Of a stretch of 64,000 bases of DNA, positions 1 to 8,579 are shown piece after piece; position 1 is the stretch's first letter; every line of letters starts with the position of its first letter. Under the pieces are notes generated by a model, which worked only from the letters and a program-made list of their open reading frames with translations, was not told the origin of the DNA and did not search any database. The stretch is from assembly GCA_035763685.1 (NCBI GenBank), contig DASUAR010000218.1:240-64239 (forward strand). Direction: 5' to 3'. The position numbers and the translations under genes are program-made. Origin of the DNA: Actinocrinis sp. GTDB taxonomy: Bacteria; Actinomycetota; Actinomycetes; Streptomycetales; Catenulisporaceae.

Positions 1-1
1 G

Positions 2-556
2 GGCGCGGTCGACGCGATCAAGCTGGCCAAGTCCAAGGGCTTCAAGGTCAACACCAACTCGACCTTCTTCAACAACGACACCCCGCAGGCCGTGATCGAC
101 GTCTTGGACTACCTCAACGACGAGTTGGGCGTGGACCAGATGATGATCTCCCCGGCCTACGCCTACGAGAAGGCCCCGGACCAGGATCACTTCCTCGGTG
201 TCACCCAGACCCGCGAGCTGTTCAAGAAGGCCTTCGCGAACGGCAACCGCAAGCGCTGGCGGCTGAACCACTCCCCGCTGTTCCTGGACTTCCTGGAGGG
301 CAGGAAGGACTTCCAGTGCACCGCGTGGGGCATCCCTTCCTACTCGCTGTTCGGTTGGCAGCGGCCGTGCTACCTGATGAACGACGGGTACGTGAAGACC
401 TATCGGGAGCTGATCGAGACCACCGAGTGGGAGAAGTACGGGCGCGGCAAGGACGAGCGCTGCTCGAACTGCATGGCGCACTGCGGCTACGAGCCGACCG
501 CCGTTTTGGCCACCACCTCCTCGCTCAAGGAGTCGCTGCGCGCGATGCGGAGCTGA
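2..556 (+). CDS. hpnH: Adenosyl-hopene transferase HpnH (radical SAM), C-terminal part; truncated by window start
   Basis: Frame open from the window edge; characteristic segments SPAYAYEKAPDQDHFL, CTAWGIPSYSLFGWQRPCYL and C-terminal CSNCMAHCGYE. Confidence 0.88.
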   Translation, partial: GAVDAIKLAKSKGFKVNTNSTFFNNDTPQAVIDVLDYLNDELGVDQMMISPAYAYEKAPDQDHFLGVTQTRELFKKAFANGNRKRWRLNHSPLFLDFLEGRKDFQCTAWGIPSYSLFGWQRPCYLMNDGYVKTYRELIETTEWEKYGRGKDERCSNCMAHCGYEPTAVLATTSSLKESLRAMRS

Positions 557-686
557 TCTCACCGGGTTTTCCCATCTGCTGAGATCAGAACGTTCAGGGC
601 TCTTTCAGACAGCGCGGTTAGGCTCGAAGAGACCCGGAACCAGCAGGGCGGTCGCCTGACGGCCGCACAAGGCACGGCGAGAGGCG

Positions 687-1760
687 ATGCGAGAACCCGA
701 CCCGCACCGCACGAGACGGTACAGGCAGCGGCGGCGCAGTTACGCCGCCGCCGCCCTGTGCTTGGGTATCCTCACGGCAGGCACTCTCGGTGCCTTCTAT
801 GCCGATCAGCGAGTAGACACGCACGGATCGACGAACACTGCACACACGACGCCCAGGGCGGTGCCCGCGCCACGCCCCGAGTCGAGCAGGGTCGCACAGC
901 TCAATCCGAGTGTTCCCCTGGCCCCGCAAAGCGCGCTGAAGATCGCCGCGCAGGCACCCGGCCAATCGGGCGGCTCCGGCACCGCTGCCTCGGCCTCGTC
1001 GCTGACCGGCGCCGCCGGCCCCAGCCTGGACTTCGGCGAGGCGCTTTCGGCGCAGCCCACGGGCTCGCCGATGTCCCGGTCCAATCCGCTGACCGGAACC
1101 GCGTTCTCCGGGCTGCCGCAGGTCGGCGCGTTGTTCGGTTATGACGGCACCTCCACCACGTCGCATTTCTGCTCAGGCAGCGTGGTCGCGAGCGACAAGG
1201 GCGACCTCGTGATAACCGCCGCGCACTGCGTGTACGACGAGTCGTCCGGTTCGCTCACCACCGACATCGCGTTCGTGCCTGGATACCACGACGGCCAGCA
1301 GCCGTACGGGGTGTGGACCGCTTCGCAGATCGTGGTCGCGCCGCAATGGCTCGACGACCAGGATCCCGACTACGACGTGGCGTTCGTGGTGGTGCATCAG
1401 CCGGGTTCGGCCCAGCGCATTCAGGACGCGGTCGGTGCGGACCAACTCGGCGTGGACGCGGACTTCGCCTCGCTCACCCAGGTCGTCGGCTACCCGAGCG
1501 ATACCGAGCAGCCGATCACCTGCACCGACTTCACGAAACAGTTCAGCCCCACGCAGCTGGAGTTCGACTGTCCCGGCTACCCGGACGGCACCAGCGGCGG
1601 GCCGTTCCTGACCGGGGTCGACCCGCAGGCCGGGGTCGGCAAGGTCGTCGGGGTGATCGGCGGTTATGAGACGGGCGGCGATAGCCCGGACGTGTCCTAT
1701 AGCGTGCATTTCAGCGACGCGATCAACACGCTCTTCCAGCGGGCCGAGGCGGCCGGCTGA
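687..1760 (+). CDS. Secreted or membrane-anchored trypsin-like (S1) serine protease
   Basis: Basic N-terminus plus hydrophobic stretch, Ser/Ala/Pro linker, triad motifs TAAHC, DYDVAF, GTSGGP. Confidence 0.88.
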   Translation: MREPDPHRTRRYRQRRRSYAAAALCLGILTAGTLGAFYADQRVDTHGSTNTAHTTPRAVPAPRPESSRVAQLNPSVPLAPQSALKIAAQAPGQSGGSGTAASASSLTGAAGPSLDFGEALSAQPTGSPMSRSNPLTGTAFSGLPQVGALFGYDGTSTTSHFCSGSVVASDKGDLVITAAHCVYDESSGSLTTDIAFVPGYHDGQQPYGVWTASQIVVAPQWLDDQDPDYDVAFVVVHQPGSAQRIQDAVGADQLGVDADFASLTQVVGYPSDTEQPITCTDFTKQFSPTQLEFDCPGYPDGTSGGPFLTGVDPQAGVGKVVGVIGGYETGGDSPDVSYSVHFSDAINTLFQRAEAAG

Positions 1761-1982
1761 TCCGCCGTCCGGCCAGGTGCCGGTGGCCGCGCGCCGGGTT
1801 CGCGCCCGGACGCTCCTTGCTTTTCTGCCGTTTCCACCCGATAAATGGAAGTCGAGGTGACCGGTTCGCCGGATAGAACACTTCAGCGACCAATCGCGCG
1901 ACCCACTGTCCTGACATGGAGGTGTGCTACCGTACCGATCACCCGACAAGAATCTGGGCACGCGCGAAACGGCGGCACCGCG

Positions 1983-4100
1983 ATGGCCTCTACCGCACGC
2001 GACCGGCCGTGGCCCGCCACATTGACGCTGGGTCCGGACGGACGGATCACCTCCTGGAGCCGGGGTGCCCAGGCGCTGTTCGGTCTTTCAGCTGCCCGGG
2101 CTTGCGGGCGGCGGCTTCGCTCCCTGCTGGTGCGACCCGAGGACCGCGCCACGGTCGACGAGTTGTTCGGCTCGGTCCTGGCCGGGCGCAGCTGGTCCGG
2201 TGCCCTCCCCCTGCTCGACGCCGACGGGCGCGCGCATCCCGTCGAATGCGGCTGGCAGCCGATCCAGGACCGCCGCGGCCGCCCCGGTGCGCTGATCGTG
2301 GTCACCGATCGCGCCGACCTGCCCGAGAACGAACCGGCCACCGGCGATGCGCCGCTGGGTACCGCGCACGCCGCGCTCGAGGCGATCAGCCAGTTCCAGG
2401 AACACGCGGCGACCGTGGCGATGATGCGCCGGGTGCAGCTGCTCACCGACGCGAACACGATGATCGGCTCGACCCTGGACATGGCCGCGACCGCCGCCGA
2501 ACTGATGGACGTCGCGGTTCCGCGCTTCGCCGACTCGGCGAGCGTGACCGTGCTCGAGTCGGTGGCCGCGGACTTCGAGCTGCCGGACCGGCCCGCGGGC
2601 AGCGGTACCGTGCTGCGGCGCCTGGCGGCGGCCCCGTTCGGCCGCGACGGCGCGGAGGTCTTCCCGGTCGGCGGCACGGTCACCTACCAGCCCGGCACGC
2701 CGCTCGCGCAGGCGCTAGCCACCGGCCGGTCGCGCACGTTGCCGAACATAGACGCGGTGATGGCCGAGCGGATCGCCACCGGGCTCGGCGACGAGGCCGC
2801 CGCAGTATTCGCCGGCAAGTCGCTGATGATCGTGCCGCTGGTGGCGCGCGGCGCGGTGCTCGGGCTCGCGATCTTCGCCCGGGACGCCAGCCGGCGTCCC
2901 TTCTCCCCCGGTGAAGGCGTGCTCGGCGAGGAACTGGCCGCGCGGGCTGCCCTGTGCATCGACAACGCGCGGCTTTACTCGCATGAGCGGCAGACCGCGC
3001 TGATGCTCCAGCGGGCGCTGCTGCCGGACGACTCCGGCTACCACGCGGGCATCGACATCGCGCACCGCTACCTGCCCGCGAGTGACCTGACCGGCGTCGG
3101 CGGCGACTGGTACGACGTGATCGGGCTCGGTGGCGGCCGGGTGGCCCTGGTGGTGGGCGACGTGATGGGGCACGGGGTGCGCGCGGCGGCGGTCATGGGC
3201 CAGTTGCGCACCGCGACCCGGACGCTGACCGCGCTGGACCTGCAACCGGCCGAGGTGTTGCACCACCTCGACGAGCTGATGGAGCACCTGGGCGGTTCGC
3301 TGGCCACCACCCACTTCGCCACCTGCATCGTGGCCGTGTACGACCCCACGGCGCAGACGGTGCGGATCGCGCGGGCCGGGCACGTGCCCCCGCTCGCGGT
3401 CTGGCCGGACGGGCGCACCGAACAGCTCGACCTGCCACCCGGCGTGCCGCTTGGCGTCGGAGGGCACACCTTCGAAAGCCGCGACATAGCACTGCCCGAC
3501 GGCAGCCTGCTCATCCTCTGCACCGACGGCCTCGTGGAGAGCCGCGCGCCGGGCCGCGACATCGACGACGGCCTGCGCGACCTGGCCGACGGCGTAAAGG
3601 ACCCCACGATGGCCCTTGAAGCCATCGCGGACGGGCTGATCTCGGGGCTGCGCGGCGACCGCACCCTCGACGACGCGGCGCTGCTGGTGGCCCGCGTACG
3701 CGGGATACCCTCCTCGTCCACGGTGGAGTGGACGGTGGTGCCCGAGCCGCCGGCCGTGGCGCAATCGCGGCGCACGGTGCGCGCCGCACTCGGCGGGTGG
3801 GGACTCGGACAGCTCGGCGACACCGCGGAGTTGCTCACCAGCGAGCTGGTCACCAATGCTCTGCTGTACACCGAGGGGCCGATCAGCGTACGGCTGATGC
3901 GTGACAGAACCCTGTTATGTGAGGTCTATGACGGTTCGGAGACCGTGCCCCGGCTGCGCGCCGCCGCGGACGACGACGACGGTGGCAGAGGTCTGCATCT
4001 GGTGAAGGAACTCTCCAGCCGCTGGGGAACCCGGCGCACCACCACCGGCAAAACGGTCTGGTTCGAGCTGCGACTCGACCCCGCGCTGCCCGACTTCTGA
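1983..4100 (+). CDS. PAS-GAF-SpoIIE (PP2C)-HATPase multidomain phosphatase/regulator
   Basis: PAS (ITSWSRGAQALFG), GAF (IDNARLY), SpoIIE motifs VGGDWYD, GDVMGHG, CTDGL, DDAA; HATPase ELVTNA and GGRGL; start moved to ATG 1983. Confidence 0.92.
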   Translation: MASTARDRPWPATLTLGPDGRITSWSRGAQALFGLSAARACGRRLRSLLVRPEDRATVDELFGSVLAGRSWSGALPLLDADGRAHPVECGWQPIQDRRGRPGALIVVTDRADLPENEPATGDAPLGTAHAALEAISQFQEHAATVAMMRRVQLLTDANTMIGSTLDMAATAAELMDVAVPRFADSASVTVLESVAADFELPDRPAGSGTVLRRLAAAPFGRDGAEVFPVGGTVTYQPGTPLAQALATGRSRTLPNIDAVMAERIATGLGDEAAAVFAGKSLMIVPLVARGAVLGLAIFARDASRRPFSPGEGVLGEELAARAALCIDNARLYSHERQTALMLQRALLPDDSGYHAGIDIAHRYLPASDLTGVGGDWYDVIGLGGGRVALVVGDVMGHGVRAAAVMGQLRTATRTLTALDLQPAEVLHHLDELMEHLGGSLATTHFATCIVAVYDPTAQTVRIARAGHVPPLAVWPDGRTEQLDLPPGVPLGVGGHTFESRDIALPDGSLLILCTDGLVESRAPGRDIDDGLRDLADGVKDPTMALEAIADGLISGLRGDRTLDDAALLVARVRGIPSSSTVEWTVVPEPPAVAQSRRTVRAALGGWGLGQLGDTAELLTSELVTNALLYTEGPISVRLMRDRTLLCEVYDGSETVPRLRAAADDDDGGRGLHLVKELSSRWGTRRTTTGKTVWFELRLDPALPDF

Positions 4101-4123
4101 GGGACACTTCGGTCGCGTGTCCC
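4101..4123 (+). terminator. Short hairpin after the SpoIIE gene stop
   Basis: GGGACAC-N9-GTGTCCC. Confidence 0.4.
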
Positions 4124-4228
4124 AGTGTTGTAACGGGCCTACTACCTTGTACCCCAACACCCCTAGGCTCCCTCTATCACGAATTCGCGTGACACCACAC
4201 CTTGGGAAAGAAGGGTGAGGTTGCACAG

Positions 4229-4363
4229 GTGAGCCTCAAGCCCGGTCGCTTCAGAGTGGCCCTGTTCGCAATGGTGCTGCTCGCGGGATTGTCATGGGCC
4301 GATCATAATGGCTGTTATTATTCGCTCCGCACCCCCACCGGGACGAATAGCAGCATCATCTAA
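4229..4363 (+). CDS. Putative 44-aa small secreted or membrane peptide (absent from ORF track)
   Basis: GGTGAGG 8 nt before GTG; MSLKPGRFRVALFAMVLLAGLSWA-DHNGCYYSLRTPTGTNSSII*; followed by an intrinsic terminator; low GC3 weakens the call. Confidence 0.45.
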   Translation: MSLKPGRFRVALFAMVLLAGLSWADHNGCYYSLRTPTGTNSSII

Positions 4364-4390
4364 GTCAGCCTGGCAGACATCCCCTCAAGG

Positions 4391-4438
4391 CCTGCCGATC
4401 CGTCTCCAGCTACCACAGCTGACGGATCGGCAGGTTTT
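4391..4438 (+). terminator. Intrinsic terminator
   Basis: Perfect 14-bp stem CCTGCCGATCCGTC / GACGGATCGGCAGG followed by TTTT. Confidence 0.7.
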
Positions 4439-4587
4439 GCTCGTCTCAGGCTTGTTCGACCACATTTGAGCATTATCTTGTCCTTGGGTGGGAATCAGAA
4501 CTCTGGTTGCCACCTGCCACAGAGTGCCACGATACGGTTGCGCTTGGTTTCGACGCAAGCTGCGCGATGAGGCTTTTGGGGGCGGGG

Positions 4588-6774
4588 ATGCGCGAGATCG
4601 GCTGTGAGGTCGGCGGCGAAACCGGCTGGATAGGCAGTGGTTCACACAACGAGCTATCCGGGCACGTGACCGGCCCGGTTGTTCAGGCTCGGGTGATCAC
4701 CGGCGGGATACACGTGAACGCGCTCGCCGCCGGGGTGCCGGAGCGCACTCCACGCCAGTTGCCGCCTGACGCCGCGATGTTCACCGGCCGCGCGGAAGAC
4801 CTGGCGGCCCTCAACTATGCCTGGGCGCGCGCCCTGAGCGACAGCGTGGGCGCGCTCTTGGTCGTCTGTGGTACCGCCGGTGTGGGCAAGTCCGTCCTGG
4901 CCGTGCGTTGGCTGCGCCAGCACACTGACACCTTCTCCGATGGGCACCTGTACGCCGATCTCGGCGGGTACTCCCCCGGCGGACCAGTGCCGCCGCAAGA
5001 GGCCGCGGGCGCGTTCCTGCGCGCTCTGGGCGTCGACCCGGCGTCTGTGCCTGACACACTGGCCGAACGCGTAGCGCTGCTGCGCAGCCTGACTGCCGAT
5101 CGGCGGATCGGCGTGCTGTTGGAGAATCCGGTATCCGCAGCGCAGGTACGTGCCCTGGCACTGACCGGTCCCGGGTGCGCCACCGTGGTCACCGCACGGC
5201 AGGCTCTCAGTGGCCTGGCAATGGACGGCGCGCGCGTGCACCGGCTCGAGCCGTGGCGGCCGGAAACCGCGGTGCGGCTGATGGAACGCATGCTCGGGGA
5301 AGACCGGGTCTCCGCCGAACCCGCACAGGCTCTCGAGGTGGCGCGTCTATGCGGCGGGCTGCCGCTCGCCGTGGGCGTGGCCGGCGCGCGGCTGGCCGCC
5401 CGGCCGCGCTGGCCGCTGGCGCGCCTCGCCCGCGCCCTGGCCGCCGATTCCGAACGCCTCCAAGCGCTCTCTCTCGATGAGGAGCACGCAGTACGTCCCG
5501 CGCTCGACGGCTCGTATCGCGCGCTTCCCGAGCTACAGCAGCGCCTCTACCGGCTCTTGGGCTTCAGCCCCCTGCGTTGGTTCGACCTGTCCACCGCCGC
5601 TGCGGCCGCAGGGGCCGAACACGACGAAGGCGTGGAGGAACATCTCGACGCGCTGGTCGACGCGAGCTTGCTCGAAGAGCTGACCGATCGCTACCGGTTC
5701 CACGACCTGGTACGGGTTCATGCGGCTGACTGCGCGCGCCTGGAGGAGCCCGAACCGGAACGAGCCGCGGCGCTCACCCGCATCATCGACTTCTACCTGC
5801 ACACCGCCACTCGCATCGAGACCGCACTCACCCCGAGCCACCGGCTGCTCGAACGCGACTACCGTTTCGCCACGCCCGTCGTGCTCGGCTTCCTCGACGA
5901 AACCGCGAGCCTGGACTGGCTCGACGCGCAGCGACCGAACCTGATGGCGCTCCTGCGCTACGGCGCGGTGCACCGCCGTCACCGTCAGACCTGGCGGCTC
6001 GCCTACGCCATGTGGCCGCTGTTCCTGCGCCGCCGCTATCCCGACGAGCGACTCGAAGCCCAGACCCTCGCCCTGCAAGCCGCCCGCGCCGAAGGACACC
6101 GCATCGCCGAGGGCAACCTGCTCACCTCCCTCGCCGGGACACTTGCGACGGCCGGTCAGCTGCCCGAAGCCGCCGAATACAATCGCCAGGCGCTCACGGT
6201 GTACGACCAGCTCGGCGACCAGCGCGGACTGGCTCAGGCCTGCAACGGCCTCGCGAAGATCCACCTCGAGATGGGCGAGCTACCGCAAGCCGAGCAGCTT
6301 TTCGAACGCGCCCGCCAGATTCGCGCCGCCATCGGCTACCAGCGTGGCGTCTACCTCTCGCACCAAGGTCTAGGCCGCGTCGCCAGCGCTCGTGGCGACA
6401 CCCGCACCGCGGCCTGGCACCTGCGTCGCGCCTATCGCGGCCTGACCCGTCTCGGTGACCACTACGACGCAGCCTGGTCCTTGGCTCTGTGGGCGCAGAG
6501 CGTCGCGCAGCGCGGGCAACCCCGTCGTGCGCTGCGCCTGCTCGATCGGGCGCAAGCCGCGATGCGCCAAGCCAGCTCCCCGCACGGACAAGCCGGCGTG
6601 CACGAGATCACCGGACAAATCCACCTGCAAACCGGCAACCCGATCACGGCACGCGAGCACTACGCGACGGCAGCGCAGCTGTTCTCCGGCATCAACCCGC
6701 GCGCCGAGACCCGCGTGCAAGCGCGCCTCACCGATCTCGGGGACCGGCCGCCCGAAGGCGAATTCCAACCCTAA
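4588..6774 (+). CDS. NLR-like STAND protein: short amyloid-like N-terminal motif, NB-ARC, TPR repeats
   Basis: NELSGHVTGPVVQARVITGGIHV; PRQLP; Walker A GTAGVGKS; Walker B variant VLLEN; GGLPLA; YRFHDL; TPR-like helical repeats; start uncertain (4507, 4567 or 4588). Confidence 0.9.
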   Translation: MREIGCEVGGETGWIGSGSHNELSGHVTGPVVQARVITGGIHVNALAAGVPERTPRQLPPDAAMFTGRAEDLAALNYAWARALSDSVGALLVVCGTAGVGKSVLAVRWLRQHTDTFSDGHLYADLGGYSPGGPVPPQEAAGAFLRALGVDPASVPDTLAERVALLRSLTADRRIGVLLENPVSAAQVRALALTGPGCATVVTARQALSGLAMDGARVHRLEPWRPETAVRLMERMLGEDRVSAEPAQALEVARLCGGLPLAVGVAGARLAARPRWPLARLARALAADSERLQALSLDEEHAVRPALDGSYRALPELQQRLYRLLGFSPLRWFDLSTAAAAAGAEHDEGVEEHLDALVDASLLEELTDRYRFHDLVRVHAADCARLEEPEPERAAALTRIIDFYLHTATRIETALTPSHRLLERDYRFATPVVLGFLDETASLDWLDAQRPNLMALLRYGAVHRRHRQTWRLAYAMWPLFLRRRYPDERLEAQTLALQAARAEGHRIAEGNLLTSLAGTLATAGQLPEAAEYNRQALTVYDQLGDQRGLAQACNGLAKIHLEMGELPQAEQLFERARQIRAAIGYQRGVYLSHQGLGRVASARGDTRTAAWHLRRAYRGLTRLGDHYDAAWSLALWAQSVAQRGQPRRALRLLDRAQAAMRQASSPHGQAGVHEITGQIHLQTGNPITAREHYATAAQLFSGINPRAETRVQARLTDLGDRPPEGEFQP

Positions 6775-6787
6775 TATGCACCACGCC

Positions 6788-7201
6788 TCAGGGCTCGAAA
6801 GCACGCCGAACCTCTCGAAGCCTGAGCCGAATCGTCGGTTCATCGACCAACGCGACGCCCGTCAACGCCCAGGGCTCAATTCCGGCAGCGAGCGACGCGT
6901 GCACCGCCGAGCCGAACAGCGGCAGCGCATTGACGCTGTGCACGATGTCCGCACCGCTGTACAGCACATGGATGTGCTCGCGCCAGCGCGCCGCCACCAG
7001 GAGCCGGTCCCGCTCGGCCATCGCGGCGCACACCGCAGCCCCCGGATACGCTTGTAGCACCCTGACGATGTCCGCCGAGTCCGCGACGAGATCGACGAGG
7101 TAGAGCACGTCGCTGCAGCCTCGCCAGGCGGCGCGCGCATCGCAGTCCGCGCACAAGCAGACAACCTCGTCTGCCCGTGCTTCGACCGGCATCGCGATCA
7201 C
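6788..7201 (-). CDS. Hypothetical 137-aa protein, Cys-rich N-terminus
   Basis: GTG start overlaps the TGA of the upstream gene (GTGA coupling); CLCADC motif; no family recognised. Confidence 0.6.
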   Translation of the reverse strand: MIAMPVEARADEVVCLCADCDARAAWRGCSDVLYLVDLVADSADIVRVLQAYPGAAVCAAMAERDRLLVAARWREHIHVLYSGADIVHSVNALPLFGSAVHASLAAGIEPWALTGVALVDEPTIRLRLREVRRAFEP

Positions 7202-8424
7202 GACGCCACACCTGCTCGCGGTACGCCGCTGAAATCGTCCAACCTGGCGGGCAGGAGCGCAGCAGGAAGGCTGGCGGGAGTGGCGGGCTGGCCCATTTCG
7301 AGCAAGCCGTAGAGCAAGCGCCGGGCATGCCTCGCGAACCCGCCCGGTTCCGAACTGATCAACGCAGCGACCCGCGTCATTGCGTCGGCGTCGAAAGCGT
7401 CGGCCGCATACTCAAGCTGCGCCGGGATGGGGGCGCCGTCACTCAACCGGGGAGCCAGCGCGCCAAGTGCTGCGGCTCCGCTGTGCGGATGCACGTCTTG
7501 CTGCGGGAACGCGCCGAGTAGAACCGGTACACCGGTCGCCGCCCCGTACAACGTGACTGAACCGTGGTCGCCGATGATCCAGTCAGCCGCAAGAAGTAAC
7601 GGCTGCCAGTCCGCCTCCGGTCCCGCAACAACCAGACCACGGGCCGCATAAGGGGCGAGCCAAGCGCGCAGTTGGTATTCGCCGTGCGCCGCCCAGATAT
7701 TCGGGTGGGTCAGCAGCACGACTCGGTAGTCGGGCTCGGGCAGCTCACGTACCAGCCGCTCGAGTAGCGGCGTGGCGCTTCCGAGCAGCGAGTTCGGACG
7801 CCAGGTGGAGGTGACCACCACCAGCCGTTGCCCCGGCCCGAGCCCGAGCGCCGAACGATAGCTCTCCCGCATGCCGCCACCAGCGATCAGCCGGTCGTAG
7901 CACGGATCGCCGACTACCTGCGCGACCGGTAGCGCCTGCGGACAACCCTCCTCCAGCAGTTGCAGCTCCCTGTCGTGCCCCAGCGCCAGCGCGCTGGGAA
8001 CGAGCATCCCCCCGCGAATCAGTTCACTCGGTGAGAACCCGAGCACCGGGCCCACGACCGGAAGCGCTCCACGACGACGCGGGCGCGCCAGGGAATTACG
8101 GCTAGCGCCATGGGAGAACACTGCGACAGGAGCGTCAATGCTCTCGATGTGCCCGAAATTCGCGGTCACCGCCAAGTCAAAGGACTCCCGCACGGCGTCC
8201 TCCCACGGCACCAACGGCGCGCCTCGCGCGGCCAGCATCCGCACGGCGCCCCGGTTGAACACGTTGGGCGGCACCGTGAACACCAATTGCACGCGCAGGT
8301 CGCCCTGCAGCAGCGCGGCGATATCCATCAGTCGTTTGATGCTCGTCATCGTCGGGGCCATCACCAGCACCCGTCGCGTCGCGCGCACGGTCGCCCACCA
8401 GTGGCACGAATCCGCAGCCATCAT
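7198..8424 (-). CDS. GT-B fold protein resembling TagF/TagB CDP-glycerol glycerophosphotransferases
   Basis: GAGGAG RBS; motifs in TagF order: FSHG, VGDPCYDRL, TSTWR, THPN, ADWIIGDHGSV...GVPVLL. Confidence 0.72.
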   Translation of the reverse strand: MMAADSCHWWATVRATRRVLVMAPTMTSIKRLMDIAALLQGDLRVQLVFTVPPNVFNRGAVRMLAARGAPLVPWEDAVRESFDLAVTANFGHIESIDAPVAVFSHGASRNSLARPRRRGALPVVGPVLGFSPSELIRGGMLVPSALALGHDRELQLLEEGCPQALPVAQVVGDPCYDRLIAGGGMRESYRSALGLGPGQRLVVVTSTWRPNSLLGSATPLLERLVRELPEPDYRVVLLTHPNIWAAHGEYQLRAWLAPYAARGLVVAGPEADWQPLLLAADWIIGDHGSVTLYGAATGVPVLLGAFPQQDVHPHSGAAALGALAPRLSDGAPIPAQLEYAADAFDADAMTRVAALISSEPGGFARHARRLLYGLLEMGQPATPASLPAALLPARLDDFSGVPRAGVAS

Positions 8425-8514
8425 CGTCTCCTCATCCGACCTGTGGGCACCGCCGCAGCAGGGCCTAGCTCGCGGCGCCCAAATGCCTGTCGCGATGAAG
8501 ATTCCGCGCGTTCC

Positions 8515-8562
8515 TGCAAGTCGCTTGCACGGGCTTGACGTTGCGCTTACACGGTTTACGAC
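8515..8562 (-). promoter_or_regulatory. Candidate SARP/winged-helix binding array upstream of the TagF-like gene
   Basis: Minus strand GTAAAC, GTAAG, GTCAAG, TGCAAG at about 10-bp spacing, plus palindrome TGCAAG-N3-CTTGCA (8515-8529). Confidence 0.4.
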
Positions 8563-8579
8563 GCCGACGGTCCGGCTTG

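Noticed and set aside
6788-7201. ADEVVCL resembling a phosphoribosyltransferase C-terminus
   Set aside because: No PRPP-binding loop; match too short
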